A stretch of 34,570 bases of DNA from an uncultured Candidatus Saccharibacteria bacterium (GTDB lineage: Bacteria > Patescibacteriota > Minisyncoccia > Portnoybacterales > UBA2143): contig CAZKWY010000007.1 of assembly GCA_964556655.1 (NCBI GenBank), forward strand, positions 1 to 34,570. The letters run 5' to 3'. Below, in pieces: positions 7,703 to 16,034 of the stretch (position 1 is the stretch's first letter; the number at the start of each line of letters is the position of its first letter). Under the pieces are notes generated by a model. It searched no databases, had not been told where the DNA came from, and saw only the letters and a program-made list of their open reading frames with translations. Both the position numbers and the translations under genes were made by a program.

Positions 7703-8593
7703 ATGGGTGATTCATTTTATACCCTTGTTTGCCCGTTATGTGACGGAGAACGTTTTATAACTGATTTATATAACTGTGAAGAGGTTTGCGTAAACTGTGG
7801 ATACGTGTTGAATAACCCATCGGATAAGAGAATACCTGTGCATCTACGAGGATACGAGAAAAACTATGGAGGCGAGGTACGTGAGAGTGTACATGATAAG
7901 GGGCTTAGCACAACGTTTAACGTTGGACGAGACGCCGCGGGGGCTTCACTGGATAAGGAAACCATGAACCTTGTTTACCGTATGAGGAAACATAACCGTC
8001 GTAGTAAGATAAATGACAGCGTTCAACGTAACCTCAGCATAAGCCTCAGCGAGCTTGACCGTATGATAGGGGTGTTAAAGCTACCTGAGTACGTGAAAGA
8101 GGAAGCTGCTCATATCTACCGCACGGCTTTACATATGGATATGATACGTGGGCGTAGTATAGATGACTTTGTAGCGGCAGCGGTTTATATGGCGTGCCGT
8201 AAACTACGGGTAGCACGCACCCTACGAAGCATAGTGGATGCGAGTAAGGGATGCTATGAGGATGTGTCCCGTACTTATCGTTTAATGCTACGTGAACTAG
8301 ATATACGTCTCCCCGTGGATACTCCGGGAAAGTTTGTGGCTGATATAGCTAGTTACCTTGGTTTACCTAGATGGGTTGAAAGGGAGGCTGTTGAGACGTT
8401 ATCTACGGCTCGTAGTCGTCGTTTAACGGTTGGTAAAGACCCTAAAGGGGTTGCTGCTAGTGCTTTGTATTATATTTGTGTAAAGAACGGGGTGGATGTT
8501 GTGCAACGTGATCTTAGTGAGGCTTGTGGAGTGTCTGAGATTACTATAAGGAATCGTTACCGTGACCTAGTTGACGGGTTAGGTGAGGACTAG
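7703..8593 (+). CDS. tfb: transcription factor B (TFB/TFIIB) homolog
   Basis: The ATG at 7703 directly follows the portal stop; the track ORF starts at an upstream GTG at 7571 inside the portal gene. N-terminal Zn ribbon CPLCDGERFITDLYNCEEVCVNCG. Two cyclin-like repeats: LPEYVKEEAAHIYRTAL...RGRSIDDFVAAAVYMACR and LPRWVEREAVETLSTARSRRLTVGKDPKGVAASALYYICV...ITIRNRYRDL. Confidence 0.85.
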   Translation: MGDSFYTLVCPLCDGERFITDLYNCEEVCVNCGYVLNNPSDKRIPVHLRGYEKNYGGEVRESVHDKGLSTTFNVGRDAAGASLDKETMNLVYRMRKHNRRSKINDSVQRNLSISLSELDRMIGVLKLPEYVKEEAAHIYRTALHMDMIRGRSIDDFVAAAVYMACRKLRVARTLRSIVDASKGCYEDVSRTYRLMLRELDIRLPVDTPGKFVADIASYLGLPRWVEREAVETLSTARSRRLTVGKDPKGVAASALYYICVKNGVDVVQRDLSEACGVSEITIRNRYRDLVDGLGED

Positions 8594-8620
8594 GAGAGGT
8601 GTGGGTTTAGTGTCTAGTCT

Positions 8621-8953
8621 ATGTTTATTAATCATTCTACGCTAACTAATATGAGGATACTTCACGTGTCAGATGCAGATTCAAGTATTAACTACCCGAC
8701 TGTAAACGAGTGTAAACTTATTCAGAGAAGCGTTGATAACCGTTTTTTATCCCTAGAACATGATATAATGGAGAATAAACGGGTTAACAGTAAACTATCT
8801 AAGATAATAATAGGGAACGGAGGGGTTGGACTCGTAGAGAAAGTGAATCTACTCTATCACCGTAACCAGTTGCTTTACCATTTTTTCGGGGTAATACAGT
8901 CAATAAGTGTTTCACTTATAATATTATACTTAACAGGAGTTTTAAAACTATGA
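8621..8953 (+). CDS. hypothetical protein
   Basis: 110 aa ORF with a hydrophobic C-terminus, between the TFB and protease genes. Confidence 0.3.
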   Translation: MFINHSTLTNMRILHVSDADSSINYPTVNECKLIQRSVDNRFLSLEHDIMENKRVNSKLSKIIIGNGGVGLVEKVNLLYHRNQLLYHFFGVIQSISVSLIILYLTGVLKL

Positions 8954-10326
8954 AGGATATGAAGGAAGGAAAAGATATGAAGATAATTTATCAGCAAGAC
9001 GAATACACGTTATCACCTGACAAGATAACAGAGTACACTCACCCCGTGTACGGGGAAGTCACCGTGTTCCATGACGTAGTGATAGCGTCAGAGATAGTTC
9101 AACAATACAGCGACGGATACGCTTATAAGCCAAGAGAAGAGTTACAGCAATACACGTGGACAGCCGACGGTAGATGGGTTACACTCCGTCAACACCCCCA
9201 AGAGGGAGTGATAAGCACCCGTGACCAAGTGTCAGGGCGCACTGTGAACCCCAGATACGTGAAGAACCTGAAAGACCATGAAACAGGGAGACCTAACAGA
9301 GCAGGCGTATTAGCTGACGTGGAGATATTTAACGAACGAACCACCCCTCAGGCGCTTAAAGACATGCGAGACGGTAAGAAACAGGATGTAAGCATAGGGT
9401 TCTTCTACACACATGACGCAACGAAGGGAGTAGTAAACGATGGACCGTTTAAGGGAAGAGAATACGATTACGTTCAACGAAACATGTTTCATGATCATCT
9501 TGCGGCTTGTATTGATAACGGTCGTTGCCCTATGCCTCTATGCGGGATTGGGGCTGACGAACTAGGGCGTAGGTTGACTGGTGATCCCTTCGCTGGGTTC
9601 GAGGGGTTTGATGGTTTCGTGGCTAAGATATTGGAGGAGAACAGTGATTTGAGTCGGGGGGACGCTGAGAAGATATGCGGTGAACTTAAATCAGAGCATG
9701 AGGATACATGTAGTGAGGACACATTGTTGAATGCTAAGGTACGTGAGTTAATAACGGTTCTCATGGATGAGTTGGAGGAAGTTAAAGGTATGAGAGACGC
9801 TGAACGGGAACATGAGTGGATTACGAGTATAGATTGGGGAGTTGAGCCTTTCACATCTATATACGGGAGACTAGCTGAGGATACTCGGTTGCAGATTAAG
9901 GAGCTTGGACTCTGCCCCACGTGTGAGGATTCTAAAGCAGTGGATATGTCGCTTGAAGAGATTAACTCTAAGATTAAGGAGCTACAAGATAGAAGAGACG
10001 AGTTACAGGAAAAAATAGATGAAATCTATGACGAAAACATGTCTAAAGAAGAGGAAGATCCTACTTCTGAGTTATGGGATGAGATAGAGAAACTTCGAGA
10101 TGAAATTGAGGTGCTTCTTCACGCTAAAGCTATTAAACTCGCGGAAGAGAAGTCTGAGGATAAATCAGATGAATCAGAGGAAACCGAGGATGAGTCTGAG
10201 GGAAAAGAGAAGTCTGATGAACCGTCTGAGGAATCTGAACCCGATGAGGATGTTAAGGATGAGGCGTCAGGGAAGAGGGTTGACGTGGATGCTTTGCTTG
10301 AGCGTGCTAATAGGGTTCTCGGATAA
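8950..10326 (+). CDS. prohead protease (HK97/S78-like) fused to an acidic coiled-coil scaffold-like domain
   Basis: 458 aa. N-terminal region with an HET...AGVLADVEI...DVSIGF pattern resembling the His/Ser motifs of HK97 gp4-type prohead proteases. C-terminal 150 aa is a strongly acidic coiled coil (KELQDRRDELQEKIDEIYDE..., ESEETEDESEG). Confidence 0.5.
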   Translation: MKDMKEGKDMKIIYQQDEYTLSPDKITEYTHPVYGEVTVFHDVVIASEIVQQYSDGYAYKPREELQQYTWTADGRWVTLRQHPQEGVISTRDQVSGRTVNPRYVKNLKDHETGRPNRAGVLADVEIFNERTTPQALKDMRDGKKQDVSIGFFYTHDATKGVVNDGPFKGREYDYVQRNMFHDHLAACIDNGRCPMPLCGIGADELGRRLTGDPFAGFEGFDGFVAKILEENSDLSRGDAEKICGELKSEHEDTCSEDTLLNAKVRELITVLMDELEEVKGMRDAEREHEWITSIDWGVEPFTSIYGRLAEDTRLQIKELGLCPTCEDSKAVDMSLEEINSKIKELQDRRDELQEKIDEIYDENMSKEEEDPTSELWDEIEKLRDEIEVLLHAKAIKLAEEKSEDKSDESEETEDESEGKEKSDEPSEESEPDEDVKDEASGKRVDVDALLERANRVLG

Positions 10327-10376
10327 CTTCTTCATTACCTAGTTTTTATTATAATTCACGTTAAACTAAGATTTTA

Positions 10377-10544
10377 TTAATCTTCTGAAACAGAAGAATA
10401 ATTTATTACATATCCCCACCTGTAGAAAGTCTGTTGTACATCTTCTAGTTTTTCTTGGAAATCCTTCACTTCATTTTTTGAGTTGAAAAAGAGTTCTATT
10501 GGGGGATTATCTTCTCTAGGTATATGTAACGTATAATTATACAT
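10377..10544 (-). CDS. hypothetical small protein (55 aa)
   Basis: Not in the track. ATG preceded by a perfect GGAGGTGA SD with 8-nt spacing. Last gene of the - strand cassette. Confidence 0.3.
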   Translation of the reverse strand: MYNYTLHIPREDNPPIELFFNSKNEVKDFQEKLEDVQQTFYRWGYVINYSSVSED

Positions 10545-10567
10545 TTATTCTTTCACCTCCATCATGT

Positions 10568-10789
10568 TCAGTCACTTATAAACCCAAATTCCTGTAAAGT
10601 TTCATATATATCATTCATCATAGCATAAGATGTTGTCGCTTGAAGTGAATCAGGGCAACCAAAACTTCTTAGCCATAGAAGCATTTTACCCAGAATAATT
10701 TCTTCAACCCCATTTAAGTCGTAGGATTCATCATAATAAGTTCTGCATAGTTCCATGAGTTCTTCGTTTGTTGCTTCCTCTCTTGGCAT
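10568..10789 (-). CDS. hypothetical small protein
   Basis: Track ORF 10568..10798 has a GTG start; the ATG is at 10789. Part of the - strand cassette. Confidence 0.35.
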   Translation of the reverse strand: MPREEATNEELMELCRTYYDESYDLNGVEEIILGKMLLWLRSFGCPDSLQATTSYAMMNDIYETLQEFGFISD

Positions 10790-10800
10790 TTTTTTCACCT

Positions 10801-10977
10801 TTTCAATTATTCGTCATATGGATTATACCAACCCATATCCTGTTTTATTCCCTCAAGAATCAACTTAATACAATCATGACATATCTCAGTTTTCTCGTTT
10901 CCTATCTGGTAAGTTTCTCGGTTTGCATGGTTTTTACCTATACAATATTTTCCAAGCATTATCATATCTATACTCAT
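10801..10977 (-). CDS. small Cys-containing (CxxC-like) protein, 58 aa
   Basis: Not in the track. Its ATG overlaps the stop of the upstream gene (TAATG). Contains C..H...CHDC. Confidence 0.3.
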
Positions 10978-11330
10978 TACTCTTCACCTGCATCACATTT
11001 CACGACCTGTCTTAGTCTGAAACCAATAACTTTTTCTCCATTCCACTGAACCATTATATCGTTTTTGTAATTTTCCTTAAGAATCTTTACACGCGCGTCT
11101 CTCTCTTGAAGATATTTACCTAGTTCTGATTCTGGTAGTAATTCTTCTATTGGTTTTGTATATCTATGTTTTTTGAGTTCTAATAACTCCTTTCGTTGCT
11201 CATCAGTTATACCAACATATCCAAATCGCCCATTATGTTTAATTAGACAAATTTGCCATAGTCCGCCGTTTGCAGTGTAATTCATATCCGAAAAAAGTTT
11301 GTATTCTTCTGGGTATGAAGTGTTACTCAA
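10977..11330 (-). CDS. hypothetical protein
   Basis: 117 aa ORF, tightly packed in the - strand operon. Confidence 0.4.
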   Translation of the reverse strand: MSNTSYPEEYKLFSDMNYTANGGLWQICLIKHNGRFGYVGITDEQRKELLELKKHRYTKPIEELLPESELGKYLQERDARVKILKENYKNDIMVQWNGEKVIGFRLRQVVKCDAGEE

Positions 11331-11661
11331 ATTGTTCTACCTCCGTTATTCTAGGATACCACTCAAACAACACCTTATCAGCGGTTATCCTATATCTTTG
11401 ATGTAACTCAAACGTGTGGTGTCCATAATAGGTTCTAGTGAAGTAATCAGCGTCCACTATGCTTGTTGGGTGTTCGATTGTAAACGTTACCTTTGTGTGT
11501 TCCCAAGGGAAGGATGCTTGTTCAACGTTAACAACGTATCCAACTACTTGGGTTTGCCCTAAATTACGTGTAACCCCCCAGAAGGGAAGAGAGAAAACAA
11601 CGAGAAACATAAAAATAAGCATGGTGTACATGCTCTTAATTATAATATCTAATTCATCCAT
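11323..11661 (-). CDS. membrane-anchored hypothetical protein
   Basis: 112 aa with an N-terminal hydrophobic helix (MLIFMFLVVFSLPFWGV) followed by a soluble domain. Confidence 0.4.
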   Translation of the reverse strand: MDELDIIIKSMYTMLIFMFLVVFSLPFWGVTRNLGQTQVVGYVVNVEQASFPWEHTKVTFTIEHPTSIVDADYFTRTYYGHHTFELHQRYRITADKVLFEWYPRITEVEQFE

Positions 11662-11861
11662 TATTCATCATCCTCTGTCAGTGTTTGCATAGAAACATCA
11701 TAGATTCGTATCTCCAAATCTTTTCTAAAGTTCCAGTAATCAACCTCCAACTCTAACCCAGTGTGGTTTATTATTCTAACATTCTCAAAATCAACTTTAC
11801 CTTCTCCTTTAACCCAAAAATTGTTGTTGATCGTGAACGTGGGGTGTAGCTTCTCTCTCAT
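11661..11861 (-). CDS. hypothetical small protein
   Basis: 66 aa. Its stop overlaps the start of the downstream gene. Confidence 0.35.
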   Translation of the reverse strand: MREKLHPTFTINNNFWVKGEGKVDFENVRIINHTGLELEVDYWNFRKDLEIRIYDVSMQTLTEDDE

Positions 11862-11929
11862 TTTATCATCTCTCTCAAAGTATCATTGATGGATATACTA
11901 TATAACAGTTTCTATAAAATGAAACCATG

Positions 11930-12208
11930 CTACGCTAAATGCTCAGCTATAATATACTTCACATCATTCACAGACAACCCGTAACGTTCAGCGATAAACT
12001 CGTAATCATCAAACTTATACCAATCCGCAACCACTCTCTCCTCAACATCATCATCACGTTGAAGCCAACGCATCTTAGAAGCATGATCAACTAGGAAAAG
12101 CTTGCTACATGCCATGCATTTAACGAAGTCCTTACCGTCTATGGTTACGATAATATAGTTAACTCCTCCACACGCTGGGCATTTAAATGATTCACTCATA
12201 GGACTCAA
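11930..12208 (-). CDS. Zn-ribbon plus HTH-like small regulator
   Basis: 92 aa. FKCPACGG...CMAC Zn-ribbon and C-terminal YEFIAERYGLSVNDVKYIIAEH helix-turn-helix-like segment. First gene of the - strand cassette, facing a divergent promoter region. Confidence 0.45.
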   Translation of the reverse strand: MSPMSESFKCPACGGVNYIIVTIDGKDFVKCMACSKLFLVDHASKMRWLQRDDDVEERVVADWYKFDDYEFIAERYGLSVNDVKYIIAEHLA

Positions 12209-12400
12209 AACATAATACGGGTATAAGTATAAAAACTATTTGCATAAAAACCCCGTGTTTACCCTTATAAATAACCAAGTTAATAAACTAGTGAAACCCG
12301 TGGGGGTATAAACCTTCAGGAGTCATCCTGACTAATATCATGTTCACTCAAGACAACTTGAGGGTGACTAATTTTATAGAGTTGAAGAGAGGACAGTAAC

Positions 12401-12829
12401 ATGTCTAAAGAAGAGAAAAATAATAAGGAAAATAAAGAAGAAAAAGGTAAAGACGAGAAACCTGAAACAATAGACGTTAACATGGCTCTCGTATTAGCCC
12501 AACTAGAGGAAGCACTAGACACAGTAGAGAAACTAGAAACCGAGCGAGATGAACTTAAGGAAGAAAACTATAAACTAAGGGAAAGAATAAACCAGGATAG
12601 CAAGAAAACAGTGATAAACGACATAGCACAGAAAACCACTCTCAGCAAGAAAATCTTAGCGGAGATGGATTTAAAGGAACTATTAAAGTACAAGAAAATC
12701 CTAGACACAGCAAAGACATCTAGCTTCAAATCAGCGACACCCCTAAAACTAGGGAAAGACGACCCGAGGGCAAAAGTAGAGTCTATGCACGATGATTACA
12801 TGCGTAAACTTAAAGGAGGACACAAGTAA
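12401..12829 (+). CDS. coiled-coil Lys/Glu-rich protein (scaffold-like)
   Basis: 142 aa highly charged alpha-helical sequence. ATG start preceded by GAGAGG. Position just upstream of the decoration and capsid genes. Confidence 0.45.
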   Translation: MSKEEKNNKENKEEKGKDEKPETIDVNMALVLAQLEEALDTVEKLETERDELKEENYKLRERINQDSKKTVINDIAQKTTLSKKILAEMDLKELLKYKKILDTAKTSSFKSATPLKLGKDDPRAKVESMHDDYMRKLKGGHK

Positions 12830-13311
12830 TGACAACTTACCCAGTTAAACCAACTACACTAATACTAGCAGGCGGACAACCCCTAGAAATGGAGTGGAAA
12901 GCCGCAACAGCAAGCGCAATACTACCCGGAGACCTCGTGCAATTCAATAACGCTCCAACTGATTGTACCATTAAAGAAGCGGCAGCGGATAGCACAGAAG
13001 TAATCGGCGTAGCAGCGATAAGCCCCGTACCAGGTGCAACCCCCCCACGTGGAGGGGATAGAACCACAGCCTTCGAGGCGGGAGACCAAGTGAAGACTAT
13101 ACGTGGCCCAATCACAGCTATGCTACGTATAGCGTCTAGCCAGGAGATTCAGTGCGGTGAGTTCGTGCAGCCAGCGGCTTCAGGTGAAGTGAAGGCGTAT
13201 ATATGTGGGACTGATAATGATTGTCAGCGTATCGCGCAGGCTCTTGAAACAACTTCAGTGGATACTACGAGTTTCCAGTGGGGAATATTTGCCTTGGAGA
13301 GGCTAAGTTAA
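12829..13311 (+). CDS. putative head decoration-like structural protein
   Basis: 160 aa Ala/Gly/Thr-rich ORF. TAATG overlap with the upstream gene and AAGGAGGA SD. Position immediately before the major capsid protein. Resembles phage decoration proteins in composition and length only. Confidence 0.35.
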   Translation: MTTYPVKPTTLILAGGQPLEMEWKAATASAILPGDLVQFNNAPTDCTIKEAAADSTEVIGVAAISPVPGATPPRGGDRTTAFEAGDQVKTIRGPITAMLRIASSQEIQCGEFVQPAASGEVKAYICGTDNDCQRIAQALETTSVDTTSFQWGIFALERLS

Positions 13312-13318
13312 GAGGTAG

Positions 13319-14212
13319 ATGAATATGAGAAGAGATCCATTTGCAGCAGACGTTGGAATACTAACAGAGGAAGAGCAGTCATACATTGAGACACGGGTGG
13401 TTGAAACCTATAGAGCACAGCTTAGAGCGCGTCAACTGTTTAACCTATTAAATATAGGTGACGATGGCGGCGAGAAGCTTTACAGGTTCTACACTGAAAC
13501 CGATCCTAGTGAAGCGATGATTGATATGCATGGAGTAGGGGCGAGCAATGATCTTCCTGAAAAGACAGCGAACGACATTGATCTACCTGTCATACATAAA
13601 GAGTTCTTCATACCTTGGCGTGACTTAGCGGCAAGTAGAAACGAGGGGCCGAGTCTTCTTGATGATAGTATAAGAACTTGCACTAGGAAAATAGCGGAGG
13701 CAGAGGATAAACTACTTATCACAGGTCAATACACTGGCTGGGATGCTCTCGAGTTAGAGGGCTTCTTCACAGCGACGGGTAGAACCGATAACGCTTCTGC
13801 TGGTGTATGGCCGGATAACGCTTATGAGGATATTAACACTGCTCGGGGTGCTTTGCAGGATTCAGGGTTTGACGACGTTGAACCTGTTCTTGTTGCGCCC
13901 CCTGCGTTAATTACTTCATTAGATGACTTGATTGCTAACACAGGTATTACTTATAAGCAGTCGTTTATGAGTAATGGTTTGCTTAGTGATATTATTCCAT
14001 CTAGTAACGCTTACGCGGCTGACGGGAATCAGGATAGCGCTGTGTTAGTTGTACCCGGTGGCGGGAACTTCTACGCGGTTGAGGCTTTACCTATTATGAC
14101 TAGGTTGTTTGAGGATAGGATGGGGAATGTTCACGGAACTGTTCGTGAGGTTGTTGCCCCTATTATAGCTAGACCAACTGCTATTGCTGAGATTAACACT
14201 ATTACGACTTAG
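13319..14212 (+). CDS. major capsid protein, HK97/encapsulin-like fold
   Basis: 297 aa. N-terminal LTEEEQSYIETRVVETYRAQLRARQLF and C-terminal GNFYAVEALPIMTRLFEDRMGNVHGTVREVVAPIIARP match the conserved pattern of encapsulin-type HK97-fold capsid proteins. AGAGGT SD. Confidence 0.8.
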   Translation: MNMRRDPFAADVGILTEEEQSYIETRVVETYRAQLRARQLFNLLNIGDDGGEKLYRFYTETDPSEAMIDMHGVGASNDLPEKTANDIDLPVIHKEFFIPWRDLAASRNEGPSLLDDSIRTCTRKIAEAEDKLLITGQYTGWDALELEGFFTATGRTDNASAGVWPDNAYEDINTARGALQDSGFDDVEPVLVAPPALITSLDDLIANTGITYKQSFMSNGLLSDIIPSSNAYAADGNQDSAVLVVPGGGNFYAVEALPIMTRLFEDRMGNVHGTVREVVAPIIARPTAIAEINTITT

Positions 14213-14223
14213 TAATCTTATCT

Positions 14224-14234
14224 ACTTTTTTTTA
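14224..14234 (+). terminator. oligo-T tract downstream of the capsid gene (archaeal-type terminator candidate)
   Basis: T8 run (cttttttttatc) about 12 nt after the MCP stop codon. Confidence 0.3.
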
Positions 14235-14284
14235 TCTATGTTTTTAACTAGTGACGGGTATATGTTATTGTATGGTGAATATGT

Positions 14285-14680
14285 TTGAGTTATAGTCTTA
14301 AAGAGTTAGCGAAGGGAAGCGGGTTTAAGTCATCGGTTACTGTTAACGAGTCAATGGATTCTCATACGGTTCTCTACGTGGATAGTAATGGTTGCTGGGT
14401 GAAGGCGGATGCTAGTGATGCTTCTAAGATGCCGTGTAGTGGTATATCATGTGAAGATATATCATCAGGGTTGAAGGGAACAATACTTGTGACTGGGTTG
14501 ATTCATAGTAATAACTGGAACTGGACTCCTGGGGGGTTACTCTATGTTTCAACTACTAGTGGGGATATGACTCAGACAGCACCTGATGCGCAGGGTAATC
14601 GTGTTCAAATAGTTGGGAGAGCGTTATCAACGACGCTGATATTATTTAACCCTGACTTCTACATGACAACGGTTTCCTAA
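14285..14680 (+). CDS. hypothetical structural protein
   Basis: 131 aa. TTG start at 14285 with upstream GGTGA; no early ATG. Gly/Thr-rich and beta-rich in appearance. Directly follows the capsid gene. Confidence 0.35.
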   Translation: MSYSLKELAKGSGFKSSVTVNESMDSHTVLYVDSNGCWVKADASDASKMPCSGISCEDISSGLKGTILVTGLIHSNNWNWTPGGLLYVSTTSGDMTQTAPDAQGNRVQIVGRALSTTLILFNPDFYMTTVS

Positions 14681-14768
14681 TGACTTCAAAGGGTTTCATA
14701 ATGGTTTCATAGGTTCACAAAGTTTTTAACTTAATCATACAACATATCTAATAGATACAGAGAGAGAT

Positions 14769-15341
14769 ATGAAGATGAAACCTGAAGGAAACTATGAGAT
14801 GCGGTTCATATGCGATGAAAACGGTAAACTATTGAAAGGTGCACCCGGTAACTATACGTGCGGGGAAACCTATATGATGCCTCTTCGTCACAGTGAATAC
14901 CCGTACTGGGAGCTATTAGGGGAACCCCCCGTGTTAGAGATACCGCCTCCAAGCGAGGATGATGACGTGTTTAGCGGTGTATCACCTTTACCTGATATAG
15001 AGGTAGAGCAAGATGATTCAGATAGAGAAAACGTTGAGGACTTTGACGCGGAGAACGTTGACGCTGACGCCCCCGCCGTGCTTGAGCCTTATGCAAGTAT
15101 TAAGAATGGGAAAGTTGTTGCTTATCAAGAGGAGACACGTATACCAGAGGTGTCGGATAGTAACGAAGCTGAGGAAGAGGAAACCGATGAGGAACTTGAT
15201 GAGTTTCCTAGTGACGAGGAGTGGAGTAGGGATGAGTTGAAACGTATCCTAGATGAAGAGGGAGTAGAGTACAGTAAATACGCTCATACACCTACTTTAA
15301 AGGAGAAGGTTGAGGAACTTGGCTCTGAAGAAGAGTCTTAA
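14769..15341 (+). CDS. hypothetical acidic protein
   Basis: 190 aa with an ATG start. C-terminal two thirds extremely acidic (EDDDVFSG..., EAEEEETDEELDEFPSDEEWS). Confidence 0.4.
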   Translation: MKMKPEGNYEMRFICDENGKLLKGAPGNYTCGETYMMPLRHSEYPYWELLGEPPVLEIPPPSEDDDVFSGVSPLPDIEVEQDDSDRENVEDFDAENVDADAPAVLEPYASIKNGKVVAYQEETRIPEVSDSNEAEEEETDEELDEFPSDEEWSRDELKRILDEEGVEYSKYAHTPTLKEKVEELGSEEES

Positions 15342-16014
15342 AGTATTCACAGCGATACCGAATCTACGTAAAGGAGACGAGTACGGGGGATACCTCGGCT
15401 CGGTTCTAAACCATTTACATGCTCAGGAAACCTCGGTTAAGGTTCTTGAACCCTACATAACCACGAATTATCACGGTAAATTTAAACCCGGTGAAGATAG
15501 TAAACTAGATGCAATCACTTATCAGATGAACCGTATAGTTGATAAATTCATGGCTAGTGACGCAACGCATTTATTCTTTAACGATGGAGACGTGGAGATA
15601 CCGCCAGACACTATTGACACTCTTCTCAGACATAACGTGGATTTAGCGAGCGGTGTTTACCCTTTTAAGAACTTTGACTCAGTTTACGCTATGCTATTCG
15701 GGCGTATGGCTGAGAATAAGCCATGCGGTAACTTTATTCCACGTGACTGGGATCACATGAAAGGTAGAGTATGGGGGGAGAAAGATAAATGGGCGGGGGG
15801 TAGTGGCTGTATGCTTGTTAAGAGAAGAGTGTTTCAACGTTATCACCCTAATATTCCTCCTCTACGTTTCAGTCGTGACGGGGGTTGTAGTCTTGATATG
15901 TTGTTCTGGAAACGTGTTCAAGACGCTGGGTTCACTGCACGTGTTGACGCTAGGGTGGTGTGTGGGCATCTCCCAGAGCATCCGTTAAATGAGATAAATG
16001 AATGGCTAAAATGA
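15310..16014 (+). CDS. family-2-like glycosyltransferase (GT-A fold)
   Basis: 234 aa. LEPYITTNY (compare the IPTYN motif), DGD (a DxD-like motif in FFNDGDVEIP) and GGSGCMLVKRRVF (compare GGxxxxRRxxF). No in-frame ATG before the N-terminal motif, so a TTG start at 15310 or 15319 after AAGGAG is implied. Overlaps the previous ORF by about 30 nt. Confidence 0.55.
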   Translation: MRNLALKKSLKVFTAIPNLRKGDEYGGYLGSVLNHLHAQETSVKVLEPYITTNYHGKFKPGEDSKLDAITYQMNRIVDKFMASDATHLFFNDGDVEIPPDTIDTLLRHNVDLASGVYPFKNFDSVYAMLFGRMAENKPCGNFIPRDWDHMKGRVWGEKDKWAGGSGCMLVKRRVFQRYHPNIPPLRFSRDGGCSLDMLFWKRVQDAGFTARVDARVVCGHLPEHPLNEINEWLK

Positions 16015-16034
16015 TTGTTTGGAGTGAATAGTGA

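Noticed and set aside
9310-9920. Minus-strand ORFs 9310..9498 and 9495..9920 inside the protease/scaffold gene
   Set aside because: These are antisense shadows. The Ser/Leu-rich translation is opposite a charged coding frame.
10768-11692. Plus-strand ORFs 10768..11049 and 11459..11692 within the reverse cassette
   Set aside because: They are antisense to tightly packed - strand genes that have SD motifs and coupled stops. The + frames give hydrophobic low-complexity products.
12316-13115. Minus-strand ORFs 12316..12522, 12837..13115 and 13489..13722
   Set aside because: They are antisense to the scaffold-like, decoration-like and capsid genes, which have clear starts, SD motifs and recognisable families.
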